A DNA stretch of 64,000 nucleotides from a virus: the IMG/VR virus record IMGVR_UViG_3300002988_000032, positions 12,793 through 76,792 of that record; one strand, 5' to 3'. Both the position numbers and the translations under genes were made by a program. Below are positions 8,633 through 17,934 of the stretch, in pieces (within the stretch, counting starts at the first letter, position 1; each line of letters begins with the position of its first letter). The notes under the pieces were generated by a model, which saw nothing but the letters and a program-made list of their open reading frames with translations, ran no database searches and was not told the DNA's origin.

Positions 8633-10669
8633 TCAAAGGCCGGGGATCCGCCCCATCCTCGCCGCGACGGGGGCGAAGGGCTGAATTTTCAACGGGGGCG
8701 CGGCGGTCGGCACGACACGGACGCCCTGATCGTCATCGTCTCGCTCTTCCGACGGCTCATCTCGCGGCGGCGGCGGATGCAACCGCACCACCTGCATGAG
8801 TTCCGCCGCCGCCTCCTGCATCATTTCGCAGTCGAGATAGTGATTGGCGCCGGTTTCCTGCCAGTACGGCTTGCCGTTCTTGAGGATGCGAGTCTCCGAC
8901 GCGACCTGTTTCGCGTAGCTTTCATCCACATCCTCGGGCAGATGCCATCCGCCCAGGATTTCCTTCCGGCGGCTGATCCGCTCGTAGACCTGCGTCTTGA
9001 AGTAATCGGTGTTGAGGCGGTGCAGAATCAAACCGCCGTATTTCCTCGGCTTTCCCCGGTAATCCACGTCGCCGTCTTGAGACGCCAAGCGGCGCCCCCC
9101 GGCCAAGGTCGGTTCGCCTTTGATCGGTTGGGCGAACATCTTGTTGAAGCGGCGACAGAAGTCGTAAACGATGTTTTCCGGGAGCACCGACGGGCGTCCG
9201 GGCCGATAGCCGGAGTCGATCAACAGGCGATTGACGGTCATCCCGCCGGGAAGGCTTCCCCGGACGATCTCCTCCAGATTATCCCACACCTCGATCTGGT
9301 CGGTGTCGCCGGCGACATAACCATAATCGATCAACCAAGACTCGCGGCGCGCGCCCCAGCCCCGCATGACCCAATAGACGCCGCGCTTCTGAACGTCCGC
9401 CGTGACCGCGATGCGCTGAACGCCGTATGGGATCTGTCCGCGCTTGTAGGGCAGTTTACATTCCGCCACGTCGGCGTGTTTCGGGGCGTCCGCGGCCGGG
9501 GCGTAAAGTTCGCCGTATCCGGTGTTGAAGACGACCTTCACTTCCTTGGGGTCGCCGGACTGATGCGCCTCGACGTCGTCCTTCGCCCTGTCTCCCCACG
9601 ACACGAACGGGGACGCGAGGCCCGACACCCAAAACGACACCGTTTCTCCCGCCGGGATGTCGCCGACCAACTCGCCGGTCCAGGGAACAATCCTTTGACC
9701 GGGGGCGACGAACACGCCGCGTTCGTTCATCCACGCCTTATGTTCGCCGTCCTCGATGTCGCATCCGCATTTCGGGCAGGAGATATGCGCCGTCGCCTTG
9801 GCCCGCATCGGGTCGGCGGTCGCGATATCGTCCTTGCCGTCGTACTTCAGAATCGATCGGCGCGGGATGAAGAACTCGCCGCAATGCGGGCACGGCCACG
9901 CCCATTCGTGCCGCGTCCCCTGTTGCCACATGCGCCACGTCGGCGACGCCAGTTTCTTCGGATCGGCGTGAACCCACCGCTCCAGCCCCGTGTCGGGGTC
10001 GTACTCGGAGAACACCCGTCCCTCCAACGGGGTGCAGATGATGCCGGCCTTCCCGTTCGGATAGGTGAACAACCGAGCGCGCGCGAGGCGAACCGGGTCG
10101 CCCTCGTCCGACACCTTGCCGGTCATCCGGTCGCGTTCATCCACGAGAAGGAGAGCGACGGAATCCGACGCCAGTTGCGACGACGACGCGGCGGAAATCA
10201 GCCGGAGTTTCGCGCCGTTCACCACCTTGCGGCGTTTTTTCTGCGCTTTGCCCCACACCGTTTTCCGCCGAAGAGACGGGGTTGAACGAAGCATCGACAC
10301 GATGTCGGGTTCGAGTTTGTCCTCCAAAAAGTCGCGGTCCGGGCCGACGTAGAAGATGGGGGCCGGGTCGTCGTCCAGGCGATGCCCGATGATCGCCATG
10401 AACGACAGGGTTTTCCCCATCTGGGAACCCATGACGGTCACGATCACCTTGTAGCGCGGGTCCGAGAAGGCCCGCATGATCGGCACGACATACGGGGTCC
10501 GCGTCGGGTCGTACCGACCGGGAACCGGACTGGTCGGCGGAAGGTCCATGCACTGGGCCGCCCATTGATCCGCCGTCCTGGCGGGAGGCGGTTGGATGAT
10601 GCCGGCGCAAAACCGAAGGAGGGCGGACCGGTTACTCGTCCTCGTCGCCATCGCCGGACTCGTCATCAC
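8633..10669 (-). CDS. Terminase large subunit, lambda gpA family
   Basis: GSQMGKT Walker A, LLLVDERDRM Walker B, EGDPVRLARAR, CPHCGE and CPKCG Zn motifs, NHYLDCE nuclease motif. Confidence 0.93.
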   Translation of the reverse strand: MMTSPAMATRTSNRSALLRFCAGIIQPPPARTADQWAAQCMDLPPTSPVPGRYDPTRTPYVVPIMRAFSDPRYKVIVTVMGSQMGKTLSFMAIIGHRLDDDPAPIFYVGPDRDFLEDKLEPDIVSMLRSTPSLRRKTVWGKAQKKRRKVVNGAKLRLISAASSSQLASDSVALLLVDERDRMTGKVSDEGDPVRLARARLFTYPNGKAGIICTPLEGRVFSEYDPDTGLERWVHADPKKLASPTWRMWQQGTRHEWAWPCPHCGEFFIPRRSILKYDGKDDIATADPMRAKATAHISCPKCGCDIEDGEHKAWMNERGVFVAPGQRIVPWTGELVGDIPAGETVSFWVSGLASPFVSWGDRAKDDVEAHQSGDPKEVKVVFNTGYGELYAPAADAPKHADVAECKLPYKRGQIPYGVQRIAVTADVQKRGVYWVMRGWGARRESWLIDYGYVAGDTDQIEVWDNLEEIVRGSLPGGMTVNRLLIDSGYRPGRPSVLPENIVYDFCRRFNKMFAQPIKGEPTLAGGRRLASQDGDVDYRGKPRKYGGLILHRLNTDYFKTQVYERISRRKEILGGWHLPEDVDESYAKQVASETRILKNGKPYWQETGANHYLDCEMMQEAAAELMQVVRLHPPPPRDEPSEERDDDDQGVRVVPTAAPPLKIQPFAPVAARMGRIPGL

Positions 10670-11276
10670 GGCCCGCGTCCGTGTCGCGGTACGCGGTGTC
10701 TTCGGCGTCCTTGATCCGCCGCGCCGTCTCCTCCAATACGGCGCGACATTCGTCTTGAATCATCCGATGCCGCTCGGCCGCCGTCTTCCCTTCCAGGGGA
10801 TTCGCCAAACGACCGGCGAGACCCAACACGCTCGCGCGAAAATGGGACATGATCTCGCCGTTCGCCGCGTGGACGTCCTCCTTGGGGTAATGGTCGCGAT
10901 CGTGCGCCTTGACCTCCCGCATTTTCATCTCGGCGTCCCAATACATCTTGGCGGCTTGAGACACGCCGAACGCCGGGATCAGGTCCATCGGGACAACCGT
11001 TCCGTCCGGGAACTGAACGGCCACGTCGGGGTTCGCCCGGATCACGTCGATCGGGGGGACCGACGCCGAACTCGCGGACGGGGGCAAGGACTCCTTCATT
11101 TTCGGCTTGGTCCGATCGCCGTTGGCGTCCCACCACGCGTCGGCCTCGGCCGGGTCGATTTCCTTGTTCGGGCCGTGCGTCGGCATCCCCTTTCGAACGC
11201 GGCGCATGACGGTGGAGGGAACCACCCCCTTCATCCGCGCGTATTCGGCCTGGATGACGAGTTTGCGGCGAGCCAT
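10632..11276 (-). CDS. Terminase small subunit (Nu1-like)
   Basis: N-terminal wHTH (AEYARMKGVVPSTVMRRVRKGMP...AEADAWW) and coiled-coil C-terminus; overlaps the large subunit start. Confidence 0.85.
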   Translation of the reverse strand: MARRKLVIQAEYARMKGVVPSTVMRRVRKGMPTHGPNKEIDPAEADAWWDANGDRTKPKMKESLPPSASSASVPPIDVIRANPDVAVQFPDGTVVPMDLIPAFGVSQAAKMYWDAEMKMREVKAHDRDHYPKEDVHAANGEIMSHFRASVLGLAGRLANPLEGKTAAERHRMIQDECRAVLEETARRIKDAEDTAYRDTDAGRDDESGDGDEDE

Positions 11277-11278
11277 GG

Positions 11279-12058
11279 TCAGGTGTTGCCGGGCTTCCCG
11301 GTCCCGCCTTCGATCGACCGTTTGACGGATGGGAACGCGTCAAGGCTGATCGTATGGCCGCCGACCGCGACCATGACGTCGCCGCTCGGATGTCGCGACG
11401 CCTCACCCGGAGCGATGATCGCGGAGGCGGGGGATGCCGTCGCGGCCCTCTCCTTCGCCTTGTGAAGAAGGTTGAGGATCACGTCGGCTCGCGAGGGGCG
11501 GGGGACCGCGACGATCCACTCGCGCGGGTTCGTCACGTCCACCGTGCGAACCGCCGTCACGCGGCCGCCGTGGTTCGCCGTCACGACAACGGCATCGGGC
11601 GAGTGGACGTGACGAATGATGTCGCCGGGAACGAGCTTCCTGAATCGCTCGGGCGTCATGCCCATATCGTCGTCGGGGTTCCCCTTCGCGCCGCCGGCGC
11701 TTCCCAAAACCATCTCGCGGACGCGATCGGCGAATTCGTCGGTCGTCACCCATAAGATTGTGGCGTGAGGGGATGTTTCGGCCCGCCGCTTGATGAGCGG
11801 CACCAACCAAGGCTCTATCCGGTCGGCGTCATCGACCACGATGCGCCGCGCCACCCAACCCAGCAGCCCGAGTTCCGTCGCTTGGGCGATTGCACACCGC
11901 AGCCCGAATTTGCGGCGAAGAACGAGCGCCCGCTCACCGCTTGAACACACGAACCGCGTCGGCTCCCCCGCGTCGCGCATGGCGTTGGCGTAGGTCGCGG
12001 CGAGCGCCGTCTTGCCCGACAGCTCGGGGCCGGTGATGAAGATGTGGTTGGTGGTCAT
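11279..12058 (-). CDS. P-loop NTPase-like hypothetical protein (259 aa)
   Basis: GPELSGKT Walker A and IVVDD Walker B; start moved to ATG 12058. Confidence 0.55.
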   Translation of the reverse strand: MTTNHIFITGPELSGKTALAATYANAMRDAGEPTRFVCSSGERALVLRRKFGLRCAIAQATELGLLGWVARRIVVDDADRIEPWLVPLIKRRAETSPHATILWVTTDEFADRVREMVLGSAGGAKGNPDDDMGMTPERFRKLVPGDIIRHVHSPDAVVVTANHGGRVTAVRTVDVTNPREWIVAVPRPSRADVILNLLHKAKERAATASPASAIIAPGEASRHPSGDVMVAVGGHTISLDAFPSVKRSIEGGTGKPGNT

Positions 12059-12223
12059 CCCGGCTCCTGATTGTCGGTCTTCAGCGTTTCCCATCAGGGT
12101 ATCTCTCCCGACGCCAAGGCGCCCTTGACCCAATCCGGCGCGTCCGACGCGGCCTCGATCGTGATCGGGCCGTTGACGACGAGCCAACGGCCCGATCTCG
12201 GTACCGGCCTCGATCCGCATGAT

Positions 12224-12532
12224 TCACCCGTCGATTCCCGAGATACTCAACCCGAACGCGCCGGAATCGACCGCCCGCGAAATGGCGGCGTCGAACGCGC
12301 GATGTAAAAGCGTCGTTCCATCCTCCTCTTCCCGCCTCAATTCGCGGATAAATTCATCGACCCAAACCAGTCGGTCCGTCACGTTCACACGGGTCGACTC
12401 ATTCCCGCCGCGGCCATGAATCAGATCATCCAACGCGGGACCACGCTCGGTGGCGGACACGAGCGCGTCCACGGTCAATCGGACAACAACCTCATTCCCC
12501 TCGATCTCAACCCTCATCATGGAATCTCCCAT
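12224..12532 (-). CDS. Hypothetical protein (102 aa)
   Basis: Co-oriented ORF with balanced amino-acid composition and GGAGA RBS. Confidence 0.55.
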   Translation of the reverse strand: MGDSMMRVEIEGNEVVVRLTVDALVSATERGPALDDLIHGRGGNESTRVNVTDRLVWVDEFIRELRREEEDGTTLLHRAFDAAISRAVDSGAFGLSISGIDG

Positions 12533-12711
12533 GTCTCAATCGGAGACGGACGCGCATCACCCGACGCTCCCGGCTTTCGGCGTTTCGGCACCGTCCCGTT
12601 CGCTCGCCGCGCGAGCCTCGCGGCGGATGTCGTAGTCCTCGAAACCGGCGCGCTTCAGCGCTTCCGCGATCTTCAACGGATCGCGGGGCGGACGGCGGGA
12701 GAGATCCGGAA

Positions 12712-12957
12712 TCACGCTTCGCTCCGGTTCATGGGATGGATCAATCCCGCGGCTTGGCCGGCGGGGAGCCGAGATCGATCATGATCGAGGTTCCATGCGG
12801 CGGACGGGGAGGGCGCGCGGCACACCGCGTGAAGGACGGCGAAGCCAAAGGCGGCGCCGAGGAGGAAACACAGCGCGCCGACGGCGCCGAAGGCGAGAAT
12901 CGCCGTCGTCGTTCCGCCGCCCGAGGAGAAGCCGGCGCGCGGAGGAGGGGAGGGCAT
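12712..12957 (-). CDS. Small membrane protein
   Basis: One hydrophobic segment (AILAFGAVGALCFLLGAAFGFAVL); start overlaps the upstream stop. Confidence 0.4.
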   Translation of the reverse strand: MPSPPPRAGFSSGGGTTTAILAFGAVGALCFLLGAAFGFAVLHAVCRAPSPSAAWNLDHDRSRLPAGQAAGLIHPMNRSEA

Positions 12958-13108
12958 CAGGAGGGCGCTCCCTCGAAAATCAGGACCAGGGGGCCGAGGC
13001 GGTACCAGAGCGTTCCGTCGGCGGGGCCGGACCAGGATCGACCGTTTCGCGTGGGAACGGACGGGCCGAGGCCCCAGGTTCGGGGGTCGAGGGAGAGGGC
13101 GAGGGCGA

Positions 13109-13441
13109 TCACGGGAGCGGAGTCCGATCGACGGCGGAGGCGCCCAGCAAACGGGGCAGCCAGCGCGAGACCAGCAGATTCAGCGCCGCCGGACCGGCGT
13201 AACCGATCGTGACGCAGATCACCCCCGTGGTGTTCTCGTCCGCGCGCAGAATGTTCGCCACATAAAGACCGAGCACCGTGAGGGCGCCCAGGGACGGGAT
13301 GTCGTAGACGATCCGCCGCAACGTTCCCTTTCGACCGCTCCGCAGTTCCGCCGACCAGCGGGCGAGCGCGCCCACGGTGACGGTCGCGCCCGCGAACAGC
13401 CACGGCTTCAACGCCGCGAACAGATCGGAATGTTCGGACAT
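13109..13441 (-). CDS. Probable holin (110 aa)
   Basis: Three hydrophobic segments, IGYAG motif, basic C-terminus; first gene after the late promoter/terminator. Confidence 0.55.
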   Translation of the reverse strand: MSEHSDLFAALKPWLFAGATVTVGALARWSAELRSGRKGTLRRIVYDIPSLGALTVLGLYVANILRADENTTGVICVTIGYAGPAALNLLVSRWLPRLLGASAVDRTPLP

Positions 13442-13475
13442 CGGCGCCTCGGTTCTGGGTCGGTCGCGGGCAGAC

Positions 13476-13513
13476 AAAAGAAAACGGCCCACCCGGGGGT
13501 TCCGGGTGGACCG
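13476..13513 (-). terminator. tR'-like terminator ahead of the late genes
   Basis: CCACCCGG/CCGGGTGG stem followed by TTTTCTTTT on the minus strand. Confidence 0.6.
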
Positions 13514-13621
13514 CGACGCGATCTTGACCGTATTGATAGGTCGAAGCGCGGGAAGTTGTAACGTTCCATTATTGACGGACTGATTTCAGCCCATCAATAG
13601 TGTCGGGCCTGAATTGATCCG

Positions 13622-14449
13622 TCAATGTCGGACGGCTCCGCGTTCCCGCCGCCCGTTCAGTGCCGCGGTGATCCGTTTCACGCCGTCGGCTTCCCAGCGT
13701 TCGACGGCCGGATGACTGACGCCTTTCGCGGCGCCCCGGCGTTTCATCTCCTCCGAGACGAGGACCGCCGTTTTGCGAAGCGAAAACCCCGCGAGCCGCA
13801 GTTGGAGCGCCAAACGCCGGGGAACGTCGTCGATCAAGAACAGCCACGGCAGAACCTCGTCCAGGCGACGAAGCGCGTCGGGCGCCGGCGCGGCGCGGAT
13901 CAGGCGCGGGCGATCGAGGCCGTTCAGCGCCGCCTCCCAAATCTCGGCCGCGGTGCGGGCGACCTCGAGGCGCGCGCAGACGCGACCCGACGGGATTTCC
14001 CCCGCCGGGAAGCGGTCGCGCCACAGCGTTTCCATCGCGTCTTGAAGCCGGGCGCGGACGTCGCCCTCGCTCCAACGACCGTCGGGGGAGGGCGCCGGGA
14101 TCGGTCGGAACTCCGTGCGGCGGGGGTTGAAGTAATCGGAACCGGGGGCCGTCAGGCGATCGGACTTTCGCGCGCGGCCCGCGGAAAATCTTCCATCGTC
14201 GAAGCCGTGACTGTCGCGCCATTCGGCGGGCGTCAGCGCCTCCGACGCCTGGATCCGAACCTCATCCGTCAAATTCGGCGGATCGGAGGGCGTCGTCAAT
14301 CGCGCCGTCAACGCGGCGCCGGCCGCCGCGACCGCCCCCCGGGAGGAACGACGCGCCTCCTCCAGTTTCCGCGCGAGGGCGGATGTCGACAGCTGCCCGG
14401 ACTCCGCTCGAATCCGATCGCGGCGGCGGCGCGAGCGGGCGCCCGTCAC
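13622..14449 (-). CDS. DUF6362-like late transcription regulator (Q-equivalent position)
   Basis: WSEGDVRARLQDAMETL...LRRLDEVLPWLFLI pattern; GTG 14449 overlaps the upstream stop. Confidence 0.55.
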   Translation of the reverse strand: MTGARSRRRRDRIRAESGQLSTSALARKLEEARRSSRGAVAAAGAALTARLTTPSDPPNLTDEVRIQASEALTPAEWRDSHGFDDGRFSAGRARKSDRLTAPGSDYFNPRRTEFRPIPAPSPDGRWSEGDVRARLQDAMETLWRDRFPAGEIPSGRVCARLEVARTAAEIWEAALNGLDRPRLIRAAPAPDALRRLDEVLPWLFLIDDVPRRLALQLRLAGFSLRKTAVLVSEEMKRRGAAKGVSHPAVERWEADGVKRITAALNGRRERGAVRH

Positions 14450-14664
14450 GCCGCCTTCTCCATGGCGCGGGCCGCCTGCCACCACACGGCGAGCGCGGTG
14501 CGGCTGGTCGCGCCCGTCGACCTTCTCATGTCCCGGATGCGGTTCGACACCGTGTGAGGCGAAATTCCCAGTCGGGCGGCGATCGCCTTGTTCGTCGACT
14601 CCCTGCCGGAACACAGGGCTTCGAGAACGGCGAGTTCGGAGGGGGTCGGAGAATATCGCGGCAT
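14446..14664 (-). CDS. LuxR-type HTH protein (72 aa)
   Basis: TPSELAVL...TNKAIAARLGISPHTVSNRIRDM is a LuxR/GerE HTH pattern. Confidence 0.8.
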   Translation of the reverse strand: MPRYSPTPSELAVLEALCSGRESTNKAIAARLGISPHTVSNRIRDMRRSTGATSRTALAVWWQAARAMEKAA

Positions 14665-15513
14665 CGGCGCCTCGCGCGAAGGGGGGATCTCGGGGACAAG
14701 TATAGCCGGGGGACGAGCCTCGAAAAAGGCACAGGCGATGAGGGGGGGGGCGGGGAAGGAGGGGAAGGGCGCGCACAGCCGCGGTGCGCACCAAACACGC
14801 CCTCAAATCGTCTGATTTATTCGCATTATCAATGCGTTGAACGGCGCGGACGGGGAGGGTCGGTGCGCACCCCGATCCCTAACGCCGAATAAAATCTCCA
14901 CATGACCCCTGACCGGTGGGGAACCCCAAATTGCCGCGGAGATTTGATCCCCCTACCCCTCATCCAGTCGGGCCGACCGCGCGTTGCGGGGCGTTGCGGC
15001 AACTCCCGCCACGCGCAATGACCGCCGCAACGGGAACGCCCCGTCGCAAACGGCCATTGGTTAACGTTTTCAGATCGTTGCGGGATTTTGTTAATGCGCC
15101 GGCCGGAAGGCGAAACGACGAGTTGCGTTGGTTTTGAACCCGAAAAATACTCGCGCATAGCCAGCGGCCACGCCCGCGGGTCATTGGGGCTGGGAAGAAC
15201 CTACACTCGCGGGCTGCCCGTGGGTTGGCCCGTAGACGCGAGGCGTATAGAGTTGGATATCTCTCATGCGGCGAACTTACACCGCACTCACGAGCCAATC
15301 CACGGGCTTGTAGGCGATGCGCGAAAAATCGCCCGATCGCGGCCACTCCGGCCCATGCCGCGCGACTCTCCGCCGGGCGGACACGCGAAAGCGCCCGGCG
15401 CCGCTCTACGAGGCGTCGGGTTGCGGTTGGCGTTGCATGAGGGCGGGACACGCTTCACCCCGCTCCGCTGGTGTGCGGGCGGGGCGTGGCGTGATGCTAT
15501 GCTTGATCGGGAG

Positions 15514-15741
15514 CTAGTCGGCGGAGTATCGAGCCGACGGCGTGGGGCGTAGCTCGGGCGGACACCTAGGGTCAGTCCATAGGGTCACTAGGACCGTCGC
15601 CGGGCCGGGGATGTCGTTCTCGCCGGCTTCCCAGCGCCGGACTGTCCGCCCACCGTTGCCGCCCAGTTTGAGCGCGTCCGCCATGCCTTGAGCCGAGAGG
15701 CATAGCTTGCGCCGCGCCTCCCGGAAGTCGTCCGGTGTCAT
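15514..15741 (-). CDS. XRE/KorC-like HTH protein (75 aa)
   Basis: MTPDDFREARRKLCLSAQGMADAL...GRTVRRWEAGENDIP. Confidence 0.8.
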   Translation of the reverse strand: MTPDDFREARRKLCLSAQGMADALKLGGNGGRTVRRWEAGENDIPGPATVLVTLWTDPRCPPELRPTPSARYSAD

Positions 15742-15929
15742 CCCACAGCGGCGAGTTTGTCGGGGATGAGGCGAATCGCGATGCGGCTCAGATCGTCAAT
15801 CCGCTTGGATTGTTCCTCGGTCCGAGCGTTGGTCGCGACGATGAGGGGGTACATCGCCTTGAGGAGGCTCTTGATTTCGGCGATGTCGGACTCGATCCTT
15901 GACAAACGCTCGTCGGCAGCTTGGGCCAT
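15738..15929 (-). CDS. Small coiled-coil protein (63 aa)
   Basis: LSRIESDIAEIKSLL heptads; GGAGA RBS; stop overlaps the HTH start. Confidence 0.6.
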   Translation of the reverse strand: MAQAADERLSRIESDIAEIKSLLKAMYPLIVATNARTEEQSKRIDDLSRIAIRLIPDKLAAVG

Positions 15930-15975
15930 GTAAATCTCCATTGATTGGCGGGCACGATCGCCCTTGCACAAGTGT

Positions 15976-16004
15976 AATATAGGTCATGGCGCCCTATATG
16001 GCAA
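15976..16004 (-). promoter_or_regulatory. Sigma70-type promoter with inverted repeat
   Basis: TTGCCA-N17-TATATT; IR ATATAGG (15977-83) / CCTATAT (15993-99). Confidence 0.6.
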
Positions 16005-16335
16005 GCTCAATCGGCGATCCATTTGTCACCCGCGATCGGTCGCACCCTAGCAGTGGGGAGACGGTCCGCCCATGCGGGGTGACGAGGGCGTATGTGTGAC
16101 GCTCCGACTTGGGAGCGTGGTCCGGCACCGTCTCGGCGATATTGTATTCAAATCGATACATTTGGGTCCAGTCCGCGACACACTCGGCTTTCGAATCCCC
16201 CCAGCCGAGGATCCCGCGGTAATCGATTCCCCAGCAATAAATCGCCCCCCTTGGGGCGTCGCGAATCAGCAACTCCGGTTCCGGTATCTCGCGCGGCATC
16301 CTCTTGTATATTTTTGTCATGACATTAATCCTCAA
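15994..16335 (-). CDS. Hypothetical protein (AT-richer)
   Basis: 113-aa ORF in a visibly lower-GC stretch. Confidence 0.45.
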   Translation of the reverse strand: MRINVMTKIYKRMPREIPEPELLIRDAPRGAIYCWGIDYRGILGWGDSKAECVADWTQMYRFEYNIAETVPDHAPKSERHTYALVTPHGRTVSPLLGCDRSRVTNGSPIELAI

Positions 16336-16353
16336 TTATATGGTTTTGTGTTG

Positions 16354-16626
16354 TCAGTTGCGAACGACATCAAAGTAAATCTCACGCTCTCCGTCGTCGT
16401 CCACTCTCTCAACCTCTATCGCCGTGCCTGTTTTTGCCACACATGCCATGGCGGTATCGGCGGCGCTCGGAGTGCCGACGATCACCCACTTTCGCGGCGC
16501 GAGGAGGCGTAGGGACACGGAGACGCCCGTCTCCTCCGCTATCTCAGCGACCATTTGCGCCGTGACGACCGCAAGCGCGACACGCCGCTCGTCTCTCGTG
16601 AGTCCCCGGTGGAAATTGATACCCAT
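16354..16626 (-). CDS. Hypothetical protein (90 aa)
   Basis: ATG with GAGG RBS; co-oriented. Confidence 0.55.
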   Translation of the reverse strand: MGINFHRGLTRDERRVALAVVTAQMVAEIAEETGVSVSLRLLAPRKWVIVGTPSAADTAMACVAKTGTAIEVERVDDDGEREIYFDVVRN

Positions 16627-16698
16627 GGCGGAATCCTCAGTCGGGATTTATGGGGTATCGGCGCCCCTCACAGCGGGAGAGGCGCCGCGTGGGATTGG

Positions 16699-16845
16699 TC
16701 AGGGGCGCCCGCGTAGCCACGCCAGGACATCATCAGCGTCGTAGCGGTAGCGGCGGCCGAAGGCCGCGTCGAACGCCGCGATACTGCGGTCGTGGCCGCG
16801 CACCATGTCGTGAGCTTGGAAAAGGGTCAGATCGAGGCGGTCCAT
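16699..16845 (-). CDS. Hypothetical protein (48 aa, MDRLDLTLFQAHDMVRG...)
   Basis: Read by hand; AGGAGA RBS. Confidence 0.45.
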   Translation of the reverse strand: MDRLDLTLFQAHDMVRGHDRSIAAFDAAFGRRYRYDADDVLAWLRGRP

Positions 16846-16891
16846 TTCGGGGGTCTCCTGTCGGCGCCACGGAACGGGCGATGAGGATTGG

Positions 16892-17125
16892 TCAGACAGC
16901 GCGTGCGGAGTTGATCCGGCGCCAGTTTCGCGCGTCGCACTCGGCGACGATGTGCGGGGTGCCGATCGACGCCGCCGCGGCCCGCATCATTTTCCGGGCG
17001 GTCGCACCCGGATTCCGGCACGCCAGTGTCGCATGGGTGCTGGTGGGGTAGGCGTACCCCGTGCGCCCGGTTGCCGTGTCGCCGGCTGTGAACCCGCCGT
17101 CGTCGTCCATAAGCCAAACGACCAT
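16892..17125 (-). CDS. Hypothetical protein (77 aa)
   Basis: MVVWLMDDDGGFTAGD...YAYPTSTHA; first gene of a leftward mini-operon. Confidence 0.55.
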   Translation of the reverse strand: MVVWLMDDDGGFTAGDTATGRTGYAYPTSTHATLACRNPGATARKMMRAAAASIGTPHIVAECDARNWRRINSARAV

Positions 17126-17244
17126 TTTTGATCCCCATGTTGGCGCCTGGTGGCGCGTTGTGCATGGGTTATGTATGCCATGATGTATGGCACTGCGCAA
17201 GGGGGAAATTCACTGTCCATATCAAAAATGTATGTCATAATGCG

Positions 17245-17273
17245 TTGACAATCCCACAAAAACGCCATACATA
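17245..17273 (+). promoter_or_regulatory. Sigma70-type promoter
   Basis: TTGACA-N17-TACATA upstream of ORF 17300, embedded in CATACAT repeats. Confidence 0.5.
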
Positions 17274-17299
17274 TAGGCCATACAAGTTGGAGAGGCGAA

Positions 17300-17515
17300 A
17301 TGTATGGAATGTCGCGAATTGAAGCCGAATCGTTCGCGATCGCCCTGCGCGACCGCGTCGGTAGCACTCACGACGAGGATCCGGGGAAGATGATCGTCGG
17401 ATATGTCGTCTCCCCATATCCGGGGACGCGCCTTTTTGGCGTCGTCGAAAGGTGGGTCTATGCCGGGAATCCTGAGATGGGCGAATTTGGTGGTGGATTC
17501 GCCTGGAAAGACTGA
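17300..17515 (+). CDS. Hypothetical protein (71 aa)
   Basis: GGAGAGG RBS, downstream of the promoter. Confidence 0.55.
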   Translation: MYGMSRIEAESFAIALRDRVGSTHDEDPGKMIVGYVVSPYPGTRLFGVVERWVYAGNPEMGEFGGGFAWKD

Positions 17516-17554
17516 CGGCCTTGTCTGCCATACGAAAATGCCATACCATGAGGC

Positions 17555-17881
17555 ATGATCATGAGCTTGACCGAGATAGAGGCGCGCGCCCGCGATGCGG
17601 GCTTACCGCCTCCCGTAATCGTCGGAGACCGATTCGTCATTGTCGGCGAATTTCGGCATGACCCGCCCGACGCGCGCGGCCCCGATCCGCGGCGCCATGT
17701 GATGACGCCCGATGATTTTAAAACATGGGCCGAATCCGCCGGCGGGTGGCAGGCGGCGGCCGACTATCTCAATGGTCGGCTCGGGACGCGCTATACGCGC
17801 GCGGATGTATGGCGCTGGGGTAGCGGCGACAAATCCTCGCGCCCGGTCCCGACGAAAATAGCGCGCTTGCTCGGAGAATAA
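17555..17881 (+). CDS. HTH-containing protein (108 aa)
   Basis: C-terminal half MTPDDFKTW...AADYLNGRLGTRYTRADVWRWGSG is an HTH pattern; true start could be the internal MTPDDF. Confidence 0.55.
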   Translation: MIMSLTEIEARARDAGLPPPVIVGDRFVIVGEFRHDPPDARGPDPRRHVMTPDDFKTWAESAGGWQAAADYLNGRLGTRYTRADVWRWGSGDKSSRPVPTKIARLLGE

Positions 17882-17905
17882 TTATATGATGTATGGCGTT
17901 TTCCG

Positions 17906-17934
17906 TTGACGCCAGACGCCATACGACATACATT
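17906..17934 (+). promoter_or_regulatory. Sigma70-type promoter
   Basis: TTGACG-N17-TACATT with CATAC motifs. Confidence 0.55.

Noticed and set aside
1283-10285. Long plus-strand ORFs (1283-3133, 4014-5336, 5339-7000, 8519-10285 and similar elsewhere)
   Set aside because: Arg/Gly-rich antisense shadows of well-supported minus-strand genes, typical of high-GC DNA
14700-14770. G-rich tract as a G-quadruplex element
   Set aside because: G-runs are present, but similar runs are common in this GC-rich DNA and there is no independent support
14450-14806. 394-aa version of ORF 13622-14806
   Set aside because: The extension overlaps the LuxR gene in another frame; the GTG at 14449 gives a canonical overlap
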